Below, one piece after another: positions 1 to 13,285 of a stretch of DNA of 64,000 nt. The DNA is from Heterodontus francisci. Lineage: Eukaryota. Position 1 is the stretch's first letter. Each line of letters opens with the position of its first letter. The stretch lies in assembly GCF_036365525.1 (NCBI RefSeq), contig NC_090393.1, forward strand, positions 54,514,488 through 54,578,487. The letters run 5' to 3'. The position numbers were made by a program, and so were the translations under genes. The notes below the pieces were generated by a model, which saw nothing but the letters and a program-made list of their open reading frames with translations, did no database searches and had not been told where the DNA came from.

Positions 1-161
1 TCGTCCTTAACAGTGATATGTACTTGTTTATGATTCCTTATATTGAATAGAACCTTGTTTGCTATCTGAGCTGTTAAAGCAGGCCTAAAGCAATATTCTC
101 CCTTATTTAATTGACATACTAAACTGCCATATGTATGCCCTGTGTGGGTAGGAAGGACAAT

Positions 162-634
162 GGGCCGGATTTTGTTCTGTCCCGTGTGTCGGGGTCTGTG
201 GTGGGGCGAGGGGAGGCCCTGAAGATGCCTCCAGGAGAGGGCCACCATGCACCCCAATGCTGGGAGGGCGTGGCCCGATATCTCCGGTGGTGGCGAAGCC
301 TCGTGGCGACAGGACCACCATTTCAATATGTAAATAAATTACAGAGAGAGGGACAAAAGGAATGCCTTTATTTATTTTTATTTTCCACAGCTTTAAATAT
401 TTAAATTTACTGGCAGGGCTCATTAAAAATGGTGTCAGCGCCTGCACACAGGCAGCTGACACCATTGCTGGGGTCAGACAGCCTGCCCTCTCCATGTGAT
501 CGGGGAGGGGGTGAGGTGGGGCGGCCTGCCCTGGCTATTTAAGTGAGAAAGTTGTAGCGGCTCCGCGACATGCGGTCCGCGTGGGTGGGCCGCTGTTCTC
601 TCAACATCGGTGGTGGGCACAGAAGATTCAGCAC
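162..634. mobile_element. Harbinger-type MITE
   Basis: Degenerate TIRs GGGCCGGATTTT / AAGATTCAGCAC and 3-bp TSD AAT/AAT. Confidence 0.65.
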
Positions 635-1969
635 AATATCTTCCCTTGCCTTGGTAGGCAGTGTGAACGGAGAACTCCTTTCCACTCATATTTCCATTAT
701 ACAGTTAAGGGGTTCTTTGTTACAGGTGAATCCACATGCTAGAGCAGAGTTTTCTACAATATCATTTGGCCAAACAAAGGCATGCTCTGACTGGAGACAT
801 CCAGTCAAGTCTAGAGCAACCCAGCTGGTTCCATTGACTAGGGAGATATACTTTGGTGGATTTTAGTACTTAACAATGTGGTTCCTCATTAGAATCTGTT
901 CCTTAACAACTGTTACTGTAATTCCAGATTCCCAAGGCCACGTCTTTATTCTTTTGCTGAAGCACCATTAAATCTACGTTGTTGGCCTATTGGAAGTACT
1001 TTTGGTTCAAGTAACAGGTCAGGTATGGACACAGGAGTATCCAGCTCTCCCTTTACCGTATTCATCTTGTGGATAATTCCTAGCCCTTCAACTGTCTCTC
1101 TGAACCTTGATTTTACTCCCTCTGCCCATTAGCTATGTGTTTAATTCTATCCTAATTGTTTTAAAGTCAGTTTCTCTCTGGAATGCATCAATGCCTTGAC
1201 AATTTAAATATATGTTTCACTTTACTGGACACATTAACCATTTCCTGTCGTGCTGTTGTCAAGTAGCTGAGCATGTTTGAGACCCATTCTTCAGTGCAAG
1301 ATCGCCATGTATTTCCACATGTTAGTTACTTCACATGTGACACATTACATTTACAGAGGTGTCCCAATATCATGTCACACATTTTTGACTCTTTGGCGAT
1401 CTTATTAAAAGATCAAAAGTGGGGTGGTGGTGGGGGGTGTCTGTCGAGATCCTTTCTCATCTCCCCCGCATGGTCCCAATGCCTTGGGTAGTGGCCAGAA
1501 CATCCAATTCAGTTCTCTTAAACAAAAAAATAGGCAAGGTACAAATCTCCAAGACAAAGCTATCAATTACAATTCTTAACTACACTCTGCTAACTCTTAC
1601 TCGAAAGTTCTGAACTTCTTGGAAATTATGCACATTAATTTAACAGTTTGAATTCTGATTCTGCCAATTCTTGTTCCCAAAATTCCTTTATTAGCTCTTG
1701 CATTAACCAGATTTTATTTCCAATTCCCATTAATTACAATTCTATTTTATTTTTGGGCTCTGGAGAAATGTTATAGTCCATTATCCATAATATCTTTAAA
1801 ACAGAAATCAAACAGACTCTTCAGCATTACCTCGCTGTAGCAGCAGTCAGATCTTACAACATTTTGGAAGGATAGAAAGAAAGGAAAAGGAGGTGGAGTA
1901 GCTCTGTTAATAAAGGATGTGATCAGTGGAGTAGTGAGAAATGATCTTGGCTTGGAAGATCAAAATGTA

Positions 1970-2672
1970 GGGCTGAATTTTGTTCTGATATGGGGGGCCT
2001 AGCAGCGGGCTGGAAGATGGGAGGGGACCCCGTCATCTGCCCTCTGTAGGACTCCCGTTGTGATTCCACGGCGGGCAGGCAATTAACTGCCCACCATCGG
2101 GGACACCATCTCCTTAAGGGATGAGCTCACACCTCCAGAGCTGCCAGCCCATCAGAGGACTGGCAGCTCTGCAGTACTGGGAGGCCGTGCAGTACCGAGG
2201 AGATAGAAGACCCTGGGATCAGTAAGTGGGGTTGGGGTCACTGGCACCATTCAGACAGGCCCCTGTGATGGATTGGGGGGGTGGTTGTGTTTAGTGAAGT
2301 TTGAGGGGGCCTTCCCAGAGGGGGCGGCGATCATCACCTGGGGGAGGGGCCATCAGGGGCCCCAATTTGCACCCAAAGGAGGGACTCCCCAACCCCACTA
2401 GGAGACATCTCCTATCGGTGGTGAGCCCCTCCACCTTCTATTAGATTGAGGAAGAGGTGAGAAGAGGTCCTTAATTGGCTATTAATTGGTCACTTAAGAG
2501 CCTCAATTGACCTGGGACAGGGAGGCCATCCTCAGCCTTCCCTGCCTGGACTAAATTGGAAGGCATCAGGAAGGCAATGGGCACCCCTCCACACCCCCAC
2601 CCTCATCTCCCAATGCAATTTTATGGTCTCCCCGGCTCTATTCCCATCCTGGGGGGTGATAAAATTCAGCCC
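1970..2672. mobile_element. Harbinger-type MITE inside CR1
   Basis: TIRs GGGCTGAATTTT / AAAATTCAGCCC, TSD GTA/ATA; the CR1 sequence resumes after it. Confidence 0.75.
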
Positions 2673-3553
2673 ATAGAATCAGTTTAGGTAGAGATAAGAA
2701 ATAGTAAGGGAAAAGTGCCACTGGCGGGAGTAGTTTATAGGCCACATAACAGTAACCATACTATAGGACAGAGTATAAATCAAGAAATAACAGGGGCTTT
2801 TAAGAAAGGTACTGCAATAATCATAGACAATTTTAATCTTAATGTCAGTTGAAGAAATCAAATTGGCAAAGGTAGTCTTGAGGGAGATTTCATAGCATGT
2901 ATTCGGGACAGTTTCTTAGAAAAATATGTTCTGGAACCAACAAAGGAACATGCTATTTTAAACCTGTTAATGTGTAATGAGACATAATTAACTAATTATC
3001 TCATAATAAAGGATCCTCCAGGCATGGATGATCATATCAAGATAGAATTTCACTTTTAGTTTGAGAAGCTTGGATCTGAAATTAGCGTATGAAACTTAAA
3101 TAAAGGCAATTACGGGTATGAAGACGGAGTTGGCTAGAGTGGACTGGTAAAATACGTTAAAAGGTAACAGTAGATAACCAGTGACAGACATTTAAGGAGA
3201 TATTTCATAACTCTCAACAAAGATATATACCATTGAGAAGGAAAGACTCTCTGAGACGGATGCACCATCCGTAGTTAACAAAGGAAGTTAAGGATGGTAT
3301 TAAATTGAAAGAAAAGGAATACAATACTGTGAAGATTAGTAATAGGCCAGAAGATAGTGAAACGTTTAGAAACCAACAAAGGATGACTGAAAAAAAGCAA
3401 AGAGGGAGAAATTAGAATATGAGAGTAAACAGCAAGAAATATAAAAATAGACAATGAAGAGAGTAGTTAAAGTAAACATTGGTCTCTTAGAGGATGAGAT
3501 TGAGGAATTAATAATGGGAAATAAGGAAATGACAGAGACTATCAACAAGTATT

Positions 3554-4371
3554 GGGCTGAATTTTTTCCAGACCGTCGCTGATCTCAGCGGAGAGCTTCA
3601 AAAGCAGCACAGCACATGAGCGAGATGTGCGCGCTGAGCCACCGCGATATTTGGCACGGTGGCTCATTTAAATGGACGGGGTGGACCCCCTGCCCCTGAT
3701 GATGTAGCGGGGACGGGGACTCCGTCACCATCAATGGCGTCTGGCACCACTGCGCAGGCACCGGAGCTATTTTTAATGGGCTTCAAGTCTTTACATATAA
3801 TTTAAAATTTTACGGACACAGGCAATTAAAATGTAAGGTGCAAAATTTAATAAATGATTCAAGCCCCTCTTCCACCTCCACAATAACTGAAGACTCTATT
3901 GATGGTCCTAGCACCCACCGCCCCCCCCAAAAAAACTCATTTTCCAAACCCGAACTTTCTCCCCAAGCTTTGTTCACTTTGACCTACAATCCCCTCCACC
4001 AATTGCAAGAGTTTTCCCCCGCTGCCCCCTCCTGCCCTGAAAACTTAATTCCTCTCCCTTCCCCATCAGTGTTCCACCTCTGATCTCCAAACAGAGATCC
4101 GAAAGTTCGGGAGTTCCGGCAACTGGCCGGAATATCGGAGCGGGACAGCTGTCACGACAAGGTAATTAATTAACATTTATTTAAATATTTAAATGAAGTT
4201 TCTGTCGTTGAGTGGTGGGCGGGCTGCCATGAGGCCTCGCTGCTGCCAGTAATATGGGGCGGGGCCTTCCTGGCATCGAGGCCTATGGCGGACTTCTCCC
4301 AGAGGTATTTTTCTTGCCCCCCACTCATCAACCATGAACCCCGACATCGGGGGGCTGGTAAAATCCAGTCC
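3554..4371. mobile_element. Harbinger-type MITE inside CR1
   Basis: TIRs GGGCTGAATTTT / AAAATCCAGTCC, TSD ATT/ATT. Confidence 0.75.
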
Positions 4372-5130
4372 ATTTTGTATCTGTCTTCAAGGAAGACGAC
4401 ACAAAAAAATCCCAAGAATAGTAGAAAATCAAGGGGCAAAAGGGAGGGAGGAACTTAAAACAATCTCTATCTCTAGAGAAAAATTACTAGAAAAACTAAT
4501 GGGACCAAGGGCTGACAGATCCCCTGGACCTGATAGCCTGCATCCTAGAGTCTTAAAAGAAGTGGCTGCAGAGATAGTAGGTGCATTGGTTGTAATCTTC
4601 CAAAATTCCCTAGGGTCTGGAAAGGTCCCAACTGATTGGGAAATCACAAATGTAACACTTATATTCAAGAAAGGAGGGAGACAGGAAGCAGGAGAGTATA
4701 GGCCAATTAGCCTAACTTCTGTCATTGGGAAAATGCTGAAATCCATTGTTAAGGAAGTAGTAGTAGGACATTTAGAAAATCATAATACAATCAAACAGAG
4801 ATTCCATTGTTTTGTGAAAGGGAAATCATGTTTGACAAATTTATTAGAATTCTTTGAGGATATGACAAGCAGGGTGGATAAAGGGGAACCAGAGGGTGTC
4901 GTGTATTTGGATTTCCAAATGGCATTCGATAAACTGCCACATAAAAGGTTGCTGCACAAGATAAGAGATCATGGTGTTGGGGATAACAAATTGACATGAA
5001 TAGAGGATTGCCTAACTAACAGTAAACAGAGTTGGGATAAATGGGTCATTTTCATATTGGCAAACTGTAATTAGTGGGATGCCATAACAATCAGTGCTAG
5101 GGCCTCAACTATTTATAATCTATATTAATG

Positions 5131-6586
5131 AACATATGAACATATGAATTAGGAGCAGAAGTAGGCCATTAGGCCTCTCGAGCCTGCTACGCCATTCAAT
5201 TAGATCATGGCTGATATGTTTGTGTCTCGAATTCCACACTCCCATCTACCCCCAATACCCCTTCATTCCCTTGCGTAACAAGAATCTATCTACCTCCACC
5301 CTAAATATATTCAATGTTCCTGCTTCCACTACCTTCTGAGGCAGAGAGATCCAAAGTCTCACAACCCTCTGAGAAAAAATTTCTCCTCATCTCTGTCCTA
5401 AAAGGGCACCCCCTAATTTTAAAACAGTGCCCCCTAGTTCTGGACTCACCCACAAGAGGAAACATCCTCTCCACATCCACCTTGTCAAGACCATTCAGGA
5501 TCTTATAAACTTCAGTCAAGTCTCCCCTCACTCTTCTAAACTCCAGTGAAAACAAGCCCAGTCTGTTCAACCTTTCCTCATAAGACAAAACATTCATTCC
5601 AGGCATCAATCTAGTAACCCTCCTCTGAACCGCCTCCAATGCATTTACATCCTTCCTTAAATAAGGAGACCAAAACTGCACACAGTATTCGAGATGTGGT
5701 CTCACCAACGCCCAGTATAACTGAAGCATAACATTTTTATTAGAATTTATTCGAATTCTTTGAGGATATGACAAGCAGGGTGGATAAAGGGGAACCAGAG
5801 GGTGTCGTGTATTTGGATTTCCAAATGGCAGATTCAATTCCTCGCATAATAAATGATAGCATTCCATTAGCCTTTATTACCTGCTGTACCTGCATACTAA
5901 CTTTTAGTGACTCTTGCACTAGAACACCTAGATCCGTCTGCACCTTAGAATTTTGCAGTCTTCTCCGCTTAAGTAATACTCTACTTTTTTATTCTTCCTG
6001 CCAAAGTGAACAACTTCGGCAGATTTTTGCCCACTCACTCAACCTATCTATATCAGTTTGCAAACTCCTTATGTCTTTTTCACAACATACTTTCCTACCT
6101 ATCTTTGTGTCACCTGCAAATTTAGCTACCATGCCATCGCTCCCCTCATGTAAGTCATTAATATAAATTATACAATGTTGAGGCCCCAGCACAGACCCCT
6201 GCGGGACTCCACTTGTCACATCCTGCCAATCAGAAAAGGACCCAGTTATGCATACTGTCTGTTTTTTGCCAGTCAGCCAATCTTCTATCCATGCTGATAT
6301 GTTACCCCCTACACCATGAGCTTCTACTTTGCCCAATAACCTTTTATGTGGCACTTTGTCAAATGACTTCTGGAAATCCAAGTACAGTATGTCAACAGGC
6401 TCCCCTTTATCCACAGCAAATGTCACTCCTTCAAAGAACTCCAACAAATTGGTTAAACATGATTTCCTTTTCACAAAACCATGCTGAATATTCCCAATTA
6501 CCTTGAATTTTCTTGAGTGTCCATCTACAAACTCCTTAATCGATTCTAACACCTTCCCCACGATAGACGTCAAGCCAACTGGCCTA
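5131..6586 (-). mobile_element. 5'-truncated CR1 LINE nested in the older CR1
   Basis: RT motifs in ORFs 5989..6573 and 5301..5867 (GVPQGSVLGP, RPHLEYCVQFWSPYL); short-repeat 3' tail at ~5131-5148. Confidence 0.85.
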
Positions 6587-8346
6587 CCTTGGATGACTTG
6601 GATGAAGGGACCAAATTTGCTAATGATACAAAGATAGATAGGAAAGCAAATTATGAGGAGGATACAAAGAGCCTAAAAACCGATATACGTTGGTAAAGTG
6701 AGCTGACAAAATTTGGCAGATGGAGTATAGTATGAAACCACACCTAGAGTACTGCATACAGTTTTGGTCTCCTTATTTAAGGAGGGACATACTTGCATTG
6801 GGGGCAGTTCAGAGAAGGTTTACTGGGTTGATTCCTGGGATGAAGGGGATTTCTTATGAGGAAGGGTTGAGCTGGTTGGGACTATACCTATTGGAATTTA
6901 TAAGAATGAGAGGTGATGTTATGAAACATAAGATTCTGAGGAGGCTTGACAGACTGAGAGAGTGTTTTCCCTGATGGGGAATCTAGAACTAGGGGGCAGA
7001 GTTTCAAAATAAAGTTCTCCCCTTTAAGATGGAGATGAAGAGGAATTTCTTCTCTCAGAGGGTCATTTATCTTTGGAATTCTCTACCCCAGAGAGCAGTG
7101 GAGGCTGGGTCATTGAATATATTCAAGGCTGAGTAAGACAGATTTTTGATCTGCAAGGGAGTAGAGGGTTATGGGGGATAGGCAGGAAAGTGGAGTTAAG
7201 GCCACAATGAGATCTTATTGAATGGTGGAGCAAGCTCGAGGGGCCAAATGGCCTACACCTGCTTCTATTTCTCATGTCTTATGTTCTTATATTCTTAAGA
7301 TGGGCATGGATTCAGGAGGTGGCAATACATTCAAGGACTTTGGAGAGGAATGGAGGTTGGACATGGGGGTGTTTGTTTTCATTGATGGTGGTGTCAGGAG
7401 TTGTTTTTTGAGGAGAGGGATGATGATGACAGTTTTGAAGGAGAAAGGGACCTTATCTGAAGAGAGAGAACGATTAACAATATCAGCTACCATGGGGACC
7501 AGGAAGGCAGTGTGGGTGGTCAGCAATTTAATAGTAATAGGGTCAAGGGAGCAGGAAGGGGGTCTCGTGGACAAGATGAATTCAGAAAGGGCATGAAGGG
7601 ATATCATAGCGAACTAGGAAAATATGCAAGTTCAGAGCTAGGGCAGGTAATAGTGATATGGAGCAGGGAGGTCTTGGAGATATTTAAACATTAGGATGAG
7701 AAACTTAAAATTGAGACTTTGCAGGACAATATTCATCTGAATCAATTATTGCTGCTATTATTAGTGTTCTACTAAATGGAACAATAATCAAAAGACAATT
7801 GCAATTTATTTAATTCAATTTTCAAATAGTAATTTGCTTTATTAAAACCTGGTTTTCACTTGGGGAAGTCGACGTTAATGGGCGATAGCTTTTCACAGAG
7901 AGGTACAGCTGGTTAGCCAAAGTACATGCCTGAAACAAGTAAAAGGCCTCCTTCCCATGCAAGTGGAGTTACCATGGCATAGTTATGACTCAGTTTGCAG
8001 TGTTAAGGGCCAGATGGGCTTAGCTCTGCTCATGCATACTAATGCCCTGACAGGAATGGACCAGAATTTTTGTTAACCTTTCCTATGGAGTGGGAAGAAG
8101 TAGCAGTGCTACCCTTGGCTTCATAAAAATATTCCAGTGCCCTGGCAAGGCAGTGGAGGGATTTGAACACAAGGAGTAGAATTTTAATCTGGAGGCATTG
8201 GTGAATTAGGAGCCAATGTAGGGCAGAAAGCAAAGGTGTGAGCAGGGCATGGTGCGAGTTAGATTATATGCAGCAGAGTTTTGGATAAGCTGAAGTTTGT
8301 AGAGGGTGGAAGAGGGGAGACTGGCCAGGAGGGTATTGGTATAGTC

Positions 8347-9670
8347 CAGGGTTGTAAAATCTTTTTGTGTGGGGGGCCATATAACAATTTTTGTCTTACA
8401 TGGGATGGGAGGCATGATACAATTGTGGAAAGATAAAGACATCAACATTTATCTTACTATTAATCAAAACAACAACAAAGGTGCATTTTTGTGAAGAAGC
8501 TTTAAATGAGAAGACTAATTTATTGACTGACTTTCTAGTCACTATGTTGGACACTGATTTAGTAAGATACCTGGCATTTTTTGTTTGCTCACACAGGTAG
8601 TCAATGTTTGCCTGTGCACATGTTGTAGTGATGTGGAGTATTCAGGATAGATGTCATTCTTTTAAGAGTGATCTTGATCACTCTCTCTTCCTCTCTCTCT
8701 CTGCCCCCTCTTTTTCTCTCTTCCCCCTCTTTTTCTCTCTGTCCCCTTTCTCTCTCTCTGTTCCCTTACTCTCTCTCTGCACCCTCTCTCTCAGCTCCCT
8801 CTATCTCTCTCTGTCCCCCTTTCTCTCTCTCTGCCCCTCTCTCTTTGCCCCCTCTCTCTCTGCCCCCCTCTTTCTGTCAGTCCCTTTTTTTCTCTCTCTG
8901 TCCCCCCTCTCTCTGCCCCTCTTTCTGCCCCCCTCTCTCTTTGCTCCCCTCTCTCTCACTTTCTGTCCAATCCCCTTTTTTCTCTCTCTCTCTGTCCCCT
9001 CTCTCTTTGCCCTCTCTCTCTCTTAGCCCCTCTCTCTGCCCTCTTTTTCTCTCTGTTCCCCTCTCTTGGTCTGCCCCTCTGCCTCCTCTCCCTTTCCCCC
9101 TCTTTCTCTGTTCCCCTTTCCCTCTCTGCCCCGTTTCCCTCTCTCTCTCTCTCTGCCCCCTTTCTCGCTCTCTCTGCCTCCTCTCTGTCCCTTTCTCTCT
9201 GCCCCCTCTCTCTGTCCCTCCCTCTCAGTCCCTCTTTCCCTCACATTCTCTCTGCCCCCCTTTCTCCCTGTCCTACTTTCTCTCTGACAGTTGCAGAGAG
9301 CGGGACCGCTCAGTTGATGGTTGATCAGTTTTTTAAAATCTCAAGTCAGTTTCACAGCTGACAGGTGCTCACATAGCCAACAGCAGTTTCTGAACTTCGG
9401 GCAGATTCGGGGTTTTCCGGAGCGCTTGTAAAAAATCCCGCATCTGTCCGAAGTTCAGAAACTGCTGTACCAGATGTCAGGATCTGTCAGCTGTGAAACT
9501 CAGCGCGATTTTTTTTAATTGCAAGAAGGCAAAGGGAAATTTGTCATCTCCAGTCACGGACCCCTGATGAGGAGGAGGAACTGCCCCGGGTACAGTTCAC
9601 ATCCGCGGGCCGGATGGAAACCTTTGGCGGGCCGGATCCTGGCCCAAGGGCCGTTTGTTAGATAACCCTG
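8347..9670. mobile_element. Non-autonomous hAT (Charlie-like) element
   Basis: Termini CAGGGTTG... / ...TAACCCTG with GGCC-rich subterminal motifs; 8-bp TSD GTATAGTC/GTACAGTC. Confidence 0.75.
8680..9285. repeat. CT-rich low-complexity/degenerate microsatellite
   Basis: About 600 bp of near-pure pyrimidine (CTCTCTCTGCCCC-like units) inside the hAT element. Confidence 0.9.
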
Positions 9671-12600
9671 GTACAGTCGAATCTGAAGAGAACAAAATCA
9701 GGGTTGAGGGATTTGGCAGCCGGCGAGCTGAAGCAAGGGCAAAGACTGACAATGCTACAGAGGTGCAACTGGGTGGTCTTTGTAATGGAGCGGACATGGG
9801 GTGTAAAATTCAGATCAGGGACAAGTAGGAATACAAACTGGACTGCACTTACAGAATTCAAGATATGAAACGCTTAGCTGATGCAGCGCTGTGATATCCG
9901 TCATTCATTTTTGTAAAATTCATCATTTAATCTTATTTAGGCTTTTCAAAATAAGCCCCAAAGGTGGTCAGAAAACATTTTACATATCACATTGCGGTTT
10001 TATATTTTGCAATCAAAGGATATGTATAAAGTGTAGTTTAGCAGTCGTGACCTTTAAGGTCTGTCTTGCTATTACTAAGTTCCATTTGATGGCACAAATA
10101 CATCTAAGTCCTGTGCAGAGTAAGTAGGTGTATTGCGGTGAGACAGTGTTATCTTTTCACCAAACATACTAAATCTGCTAAATTCTCAGCTTCGGAAAGA
10201 TATGTAACAATACATTCCCACCATGGGCAAAGACAATCTACCTATGTATTGCATAAGTAATTTTGACTAAACGTGCATCGCTTTTATTCATCTCCCTTTT
10301 GTTTACTTTTGTGTCTGATTCTCTATATCGCACACAATTCTCCCCTTTCTCTCCGTCTCTTTATTCAGCGACCAGATTCAATCACCCAGCTGGACCTTTG
10401 CAACATAAAGTATCAGTGGAAGTATCCTGAGACTGTTTTTTATTTTGTGGAACCAGGCTTTTGGAGAACATGAATAGTAAAGAAATTTAGATATGTTTTA
10501 CCATTTAGTGAATTAGGCATGGATGCAAAAATAAATTGATGTAAATTTTGTTCATCAAGATATTGCAAGCATTTTTTTTATCAGTAGCACCCGCAAAATT
10601 TCCCTTCAAGATTTTCCTTTTCATTGCTCTGTGTGGATCCAGAGTAATCCAAACTACATTATAATAAAATGCTAAAATTTTGAGAAAATTACTGCAGTCA
10701 GTAAATAGTCGACGCAGTTCACTTGTTGCACATTACATCAATCTTCCTTGCACCTGTGTTTCAAATACAAAATTCGTCTGGTTTCTCCTGCGGACGATTG
10801 ACGGAATTCTAGGATAAAAAGGTTAAAAACGACCGTTTACACAGTTTCTCCTGGGTTTGCGCAGAAGTTATGACGGGAGACCGGGAGCACATCTGTTGAA
10901 TTTCGAGGGTAATAGGGTCAAAATTTCGATTATCGATCGCCGAACGAAAGTTACTTGTCCATTCACGCTAATCTGCTGAGATTCACATGCTGACCAGTGC
11001 AGAACCGAAATTTCTACCCAATGGAATAATTTTTCCGAAAATCAGGATATTCCTCTATTAGTAATGCAGTCAAGATGTTTAAACCGTCGTTTCCCTGTTT
11101 GTTTGAATTACCAGTGTTAAAATATATTTTGAATGCAGAGTACCCCATTACATGCGTACACGAAGACCTGTATGCCCCAATTCATGCACAGAGGTATACA
11201 AAAAAATATTTGAACGCCCAGCAACACCGCCCCCGCCCCCCCTCCCCACACACACTCTCTGCCATTCCACATGAAAAGTAAGTCATTAACGATGATCAGT
11301 ATTGCTACTACTGTGTAGGCAGAGAAACCAGCTGTAGGTGGTATGTGACAGACTGCCTTGGCCATTTTATTGGTTTCATTTCTAATCTGGTAACATGTGG
11401 GTGATTTACTCAGACGCGTGCGGCTTTGCTGTATGCTGCTGTCTGCACGCAAAGTAACCATGTACTGCCTGATATGTACAGTCATTTACAATATTCCTTG
11501 CTCTTTTCACAGTTTCCCTTTCTATTGCATGTTGTCCTTGTCCCAAGCTTGCCATCGAGACGGGACTAAAGTTTATTTACGGCGTACGAGGCCGATATTA
11601 ATCGGAAGAAATGGGAAGAACATTAAAAGTTTGAAAGAGGACGGAGAGGAGGTAGTGATTGCAACGTGAAGCATTTAATATGGAACGCTTCGGAACTGCA
11701 GCAGTTTAACGTTGGAGATGGTGCCTCGTCATAAACAGGTTTAACTTCACCTTTCGTAACCGTGTTTTGGCTTACGTAGCCAAAACTATAACGGTTAGCA
11801 TTTTAGTGTAAATCGTGACTCGGTGGCTGTGGAGAAAAATAACTTGGGGGGTGGGGCTCCGGAGGGAGCGGGGTATTTTGCCAAAGGATGAAAACAGGCG
11901 CTAAATGGGTGCCGTGCTAACTTTAAGTAGTTTGGAAATCAGTTTTGGTCCTAATTGCTGATTGCTGTAACTTGAACTTTCCTGCAGTTGTTAAACAGAC
12001 ACCCGCAGGTTTAGCACTCAAAAGTTAATTTGACTACATTTTTGTGGGCTGTTCGCAGACATTTCCACTGAGGTTGTGGAGTGATTTGACTGGCAGACAG
12101 CGGCACGATCCAGGACGGCTCCAGGACTGAGGGAGAAGGTCCACAGGTTCTCGAATTCAGCACCAGAGATCCTAGTTTGTGAAGGTCTAGAGGAGGAGGG
12201 ATGTCCTCTACCCACAGGGAGAAGAGTGCCACCTCATCCTCCGCATCCACCTGTCCCTCTTTCCTGCGGCAACTGGTGCTGCTCTGCACGTCCTCATGTC
12301 CTCCTCCCATTTCTCATTCTGACCAAAGGGCGAGATGCCCAATGACCAAGCACACCCTTTCTCCTGGTGGCTCCTATAAGGTGGAGGAACACAACAATTA
12401 TGCTTTTTAAATTGAAATCCTCAGAGAATTTCTGGAACAAATGTTGGTTGAGTGTTGCTGAAGTCTTGACAATGTGCTCCAGAATGACTGCCAACATGTT
12501 TCAGAAGTTCTCTTCACAGCTCCAGCAGCAATCAGCATGAAATGGTGAGCATCCTTTTAAGTGGTGAGTGTCCCAAATGTTTACTCATTCTCATATTTAC

Positions 12601-12936
12601 TCTCAAACAGCTGATTGCTGTTAGGAAAGGTAATACTTGCAGTGCTGATCATCAAGATGCCATGCAGACTCTTTAATGAGCTTTCTCATGAGTAATCAGC
12701 TTTCTCATGAGCTTCCAAGCTTCCATTCCTATCATTGGCTTCAACTCCTTTACCAAGAGAGCACCTTGCACTAAATGTGGGTTAAATCAATGTTTCAGCT
12801 TAAGACCTGATCTTGGTCACTTTTCAGCACCTAAAGTATTTGGTTAAAATTGCTGCAGTGGGTTGTAAAGATATTCCCTTAGGTATTGCCTCACCATAGG
12901 GGCTAATTCCCTGGTTGGGTGCTCATAGTTGCCGCC

Positions 12937-13285
12937 TTAGATTAGAGATACAGCACTGAAACAGGCCCTTCGGCCCACCGAGTCTGTGCCGAACATCAAC
13001 CACCCATTTATACTAATCCTACACTAATCCCATATTCCTACCAAGCATCCCCACCTGTCCCTATACTTCCCTACCACCTACCTATACTAGTGACAATTTA
13101 TAATGGCCAATTTGCCTATCAACCTGCAAGTCTTTTGGCTTGTGGGAGGAAACCGGAGCACCCGGAGAAAACCCACGCAGACACAGGGAGAACTTGCAAA
13201 CTCCACACAGGCAGTACCCAGAATCGAACCCGGGTCCCTGGAGCTGTGAGGCTGCGGTGCTAACCACTGCGCCACTGTGCCGCCC
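12937..13285 (-). mobile_element. tRNA-derived V-SINE (HE1-like)
   Basis: Head GGGCGGCACAGTGGCGCAGTGGTTAGCACC...GGTTCGATTC, V-core GTGCTCCGGTTTCCTCCCAC, CR1-like 3' tail. Confidence 0.9.

Larger units (their letters stand above)
1830..7290 (+). mobile_element. Decayed CR1 LINE (EN-RT-3' end), interrupted by two MITEs and a nested antisense CR1
   Basis: ORF fragments SPGPDSLHPRVLKE, YRPISLTSV, KSCLTNLLEFFE, YLDFQMAFDK (4334..4999) and PHLEYCIQFWSPYL (6720..6974). Boundaries are approximate. Confidence 0.85.
7295..9860 (-). mobile_element. L2-like LINE fragments (discontinuous), split by a hAT MITE
   Basis: Contains SCSLDPITIKLL, LDYTNTLLASLPSSTLYKLQLIQNSAA and LHWL..., motifs typical of L2 RT. 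Confidence 0.6.

Noticed and set aside
8604-9324. Long Leu/Ser/Pro- and Arg/Glu-rich ORFs
   Set aside because: They are translations of the CT-rich low-complexity tract.
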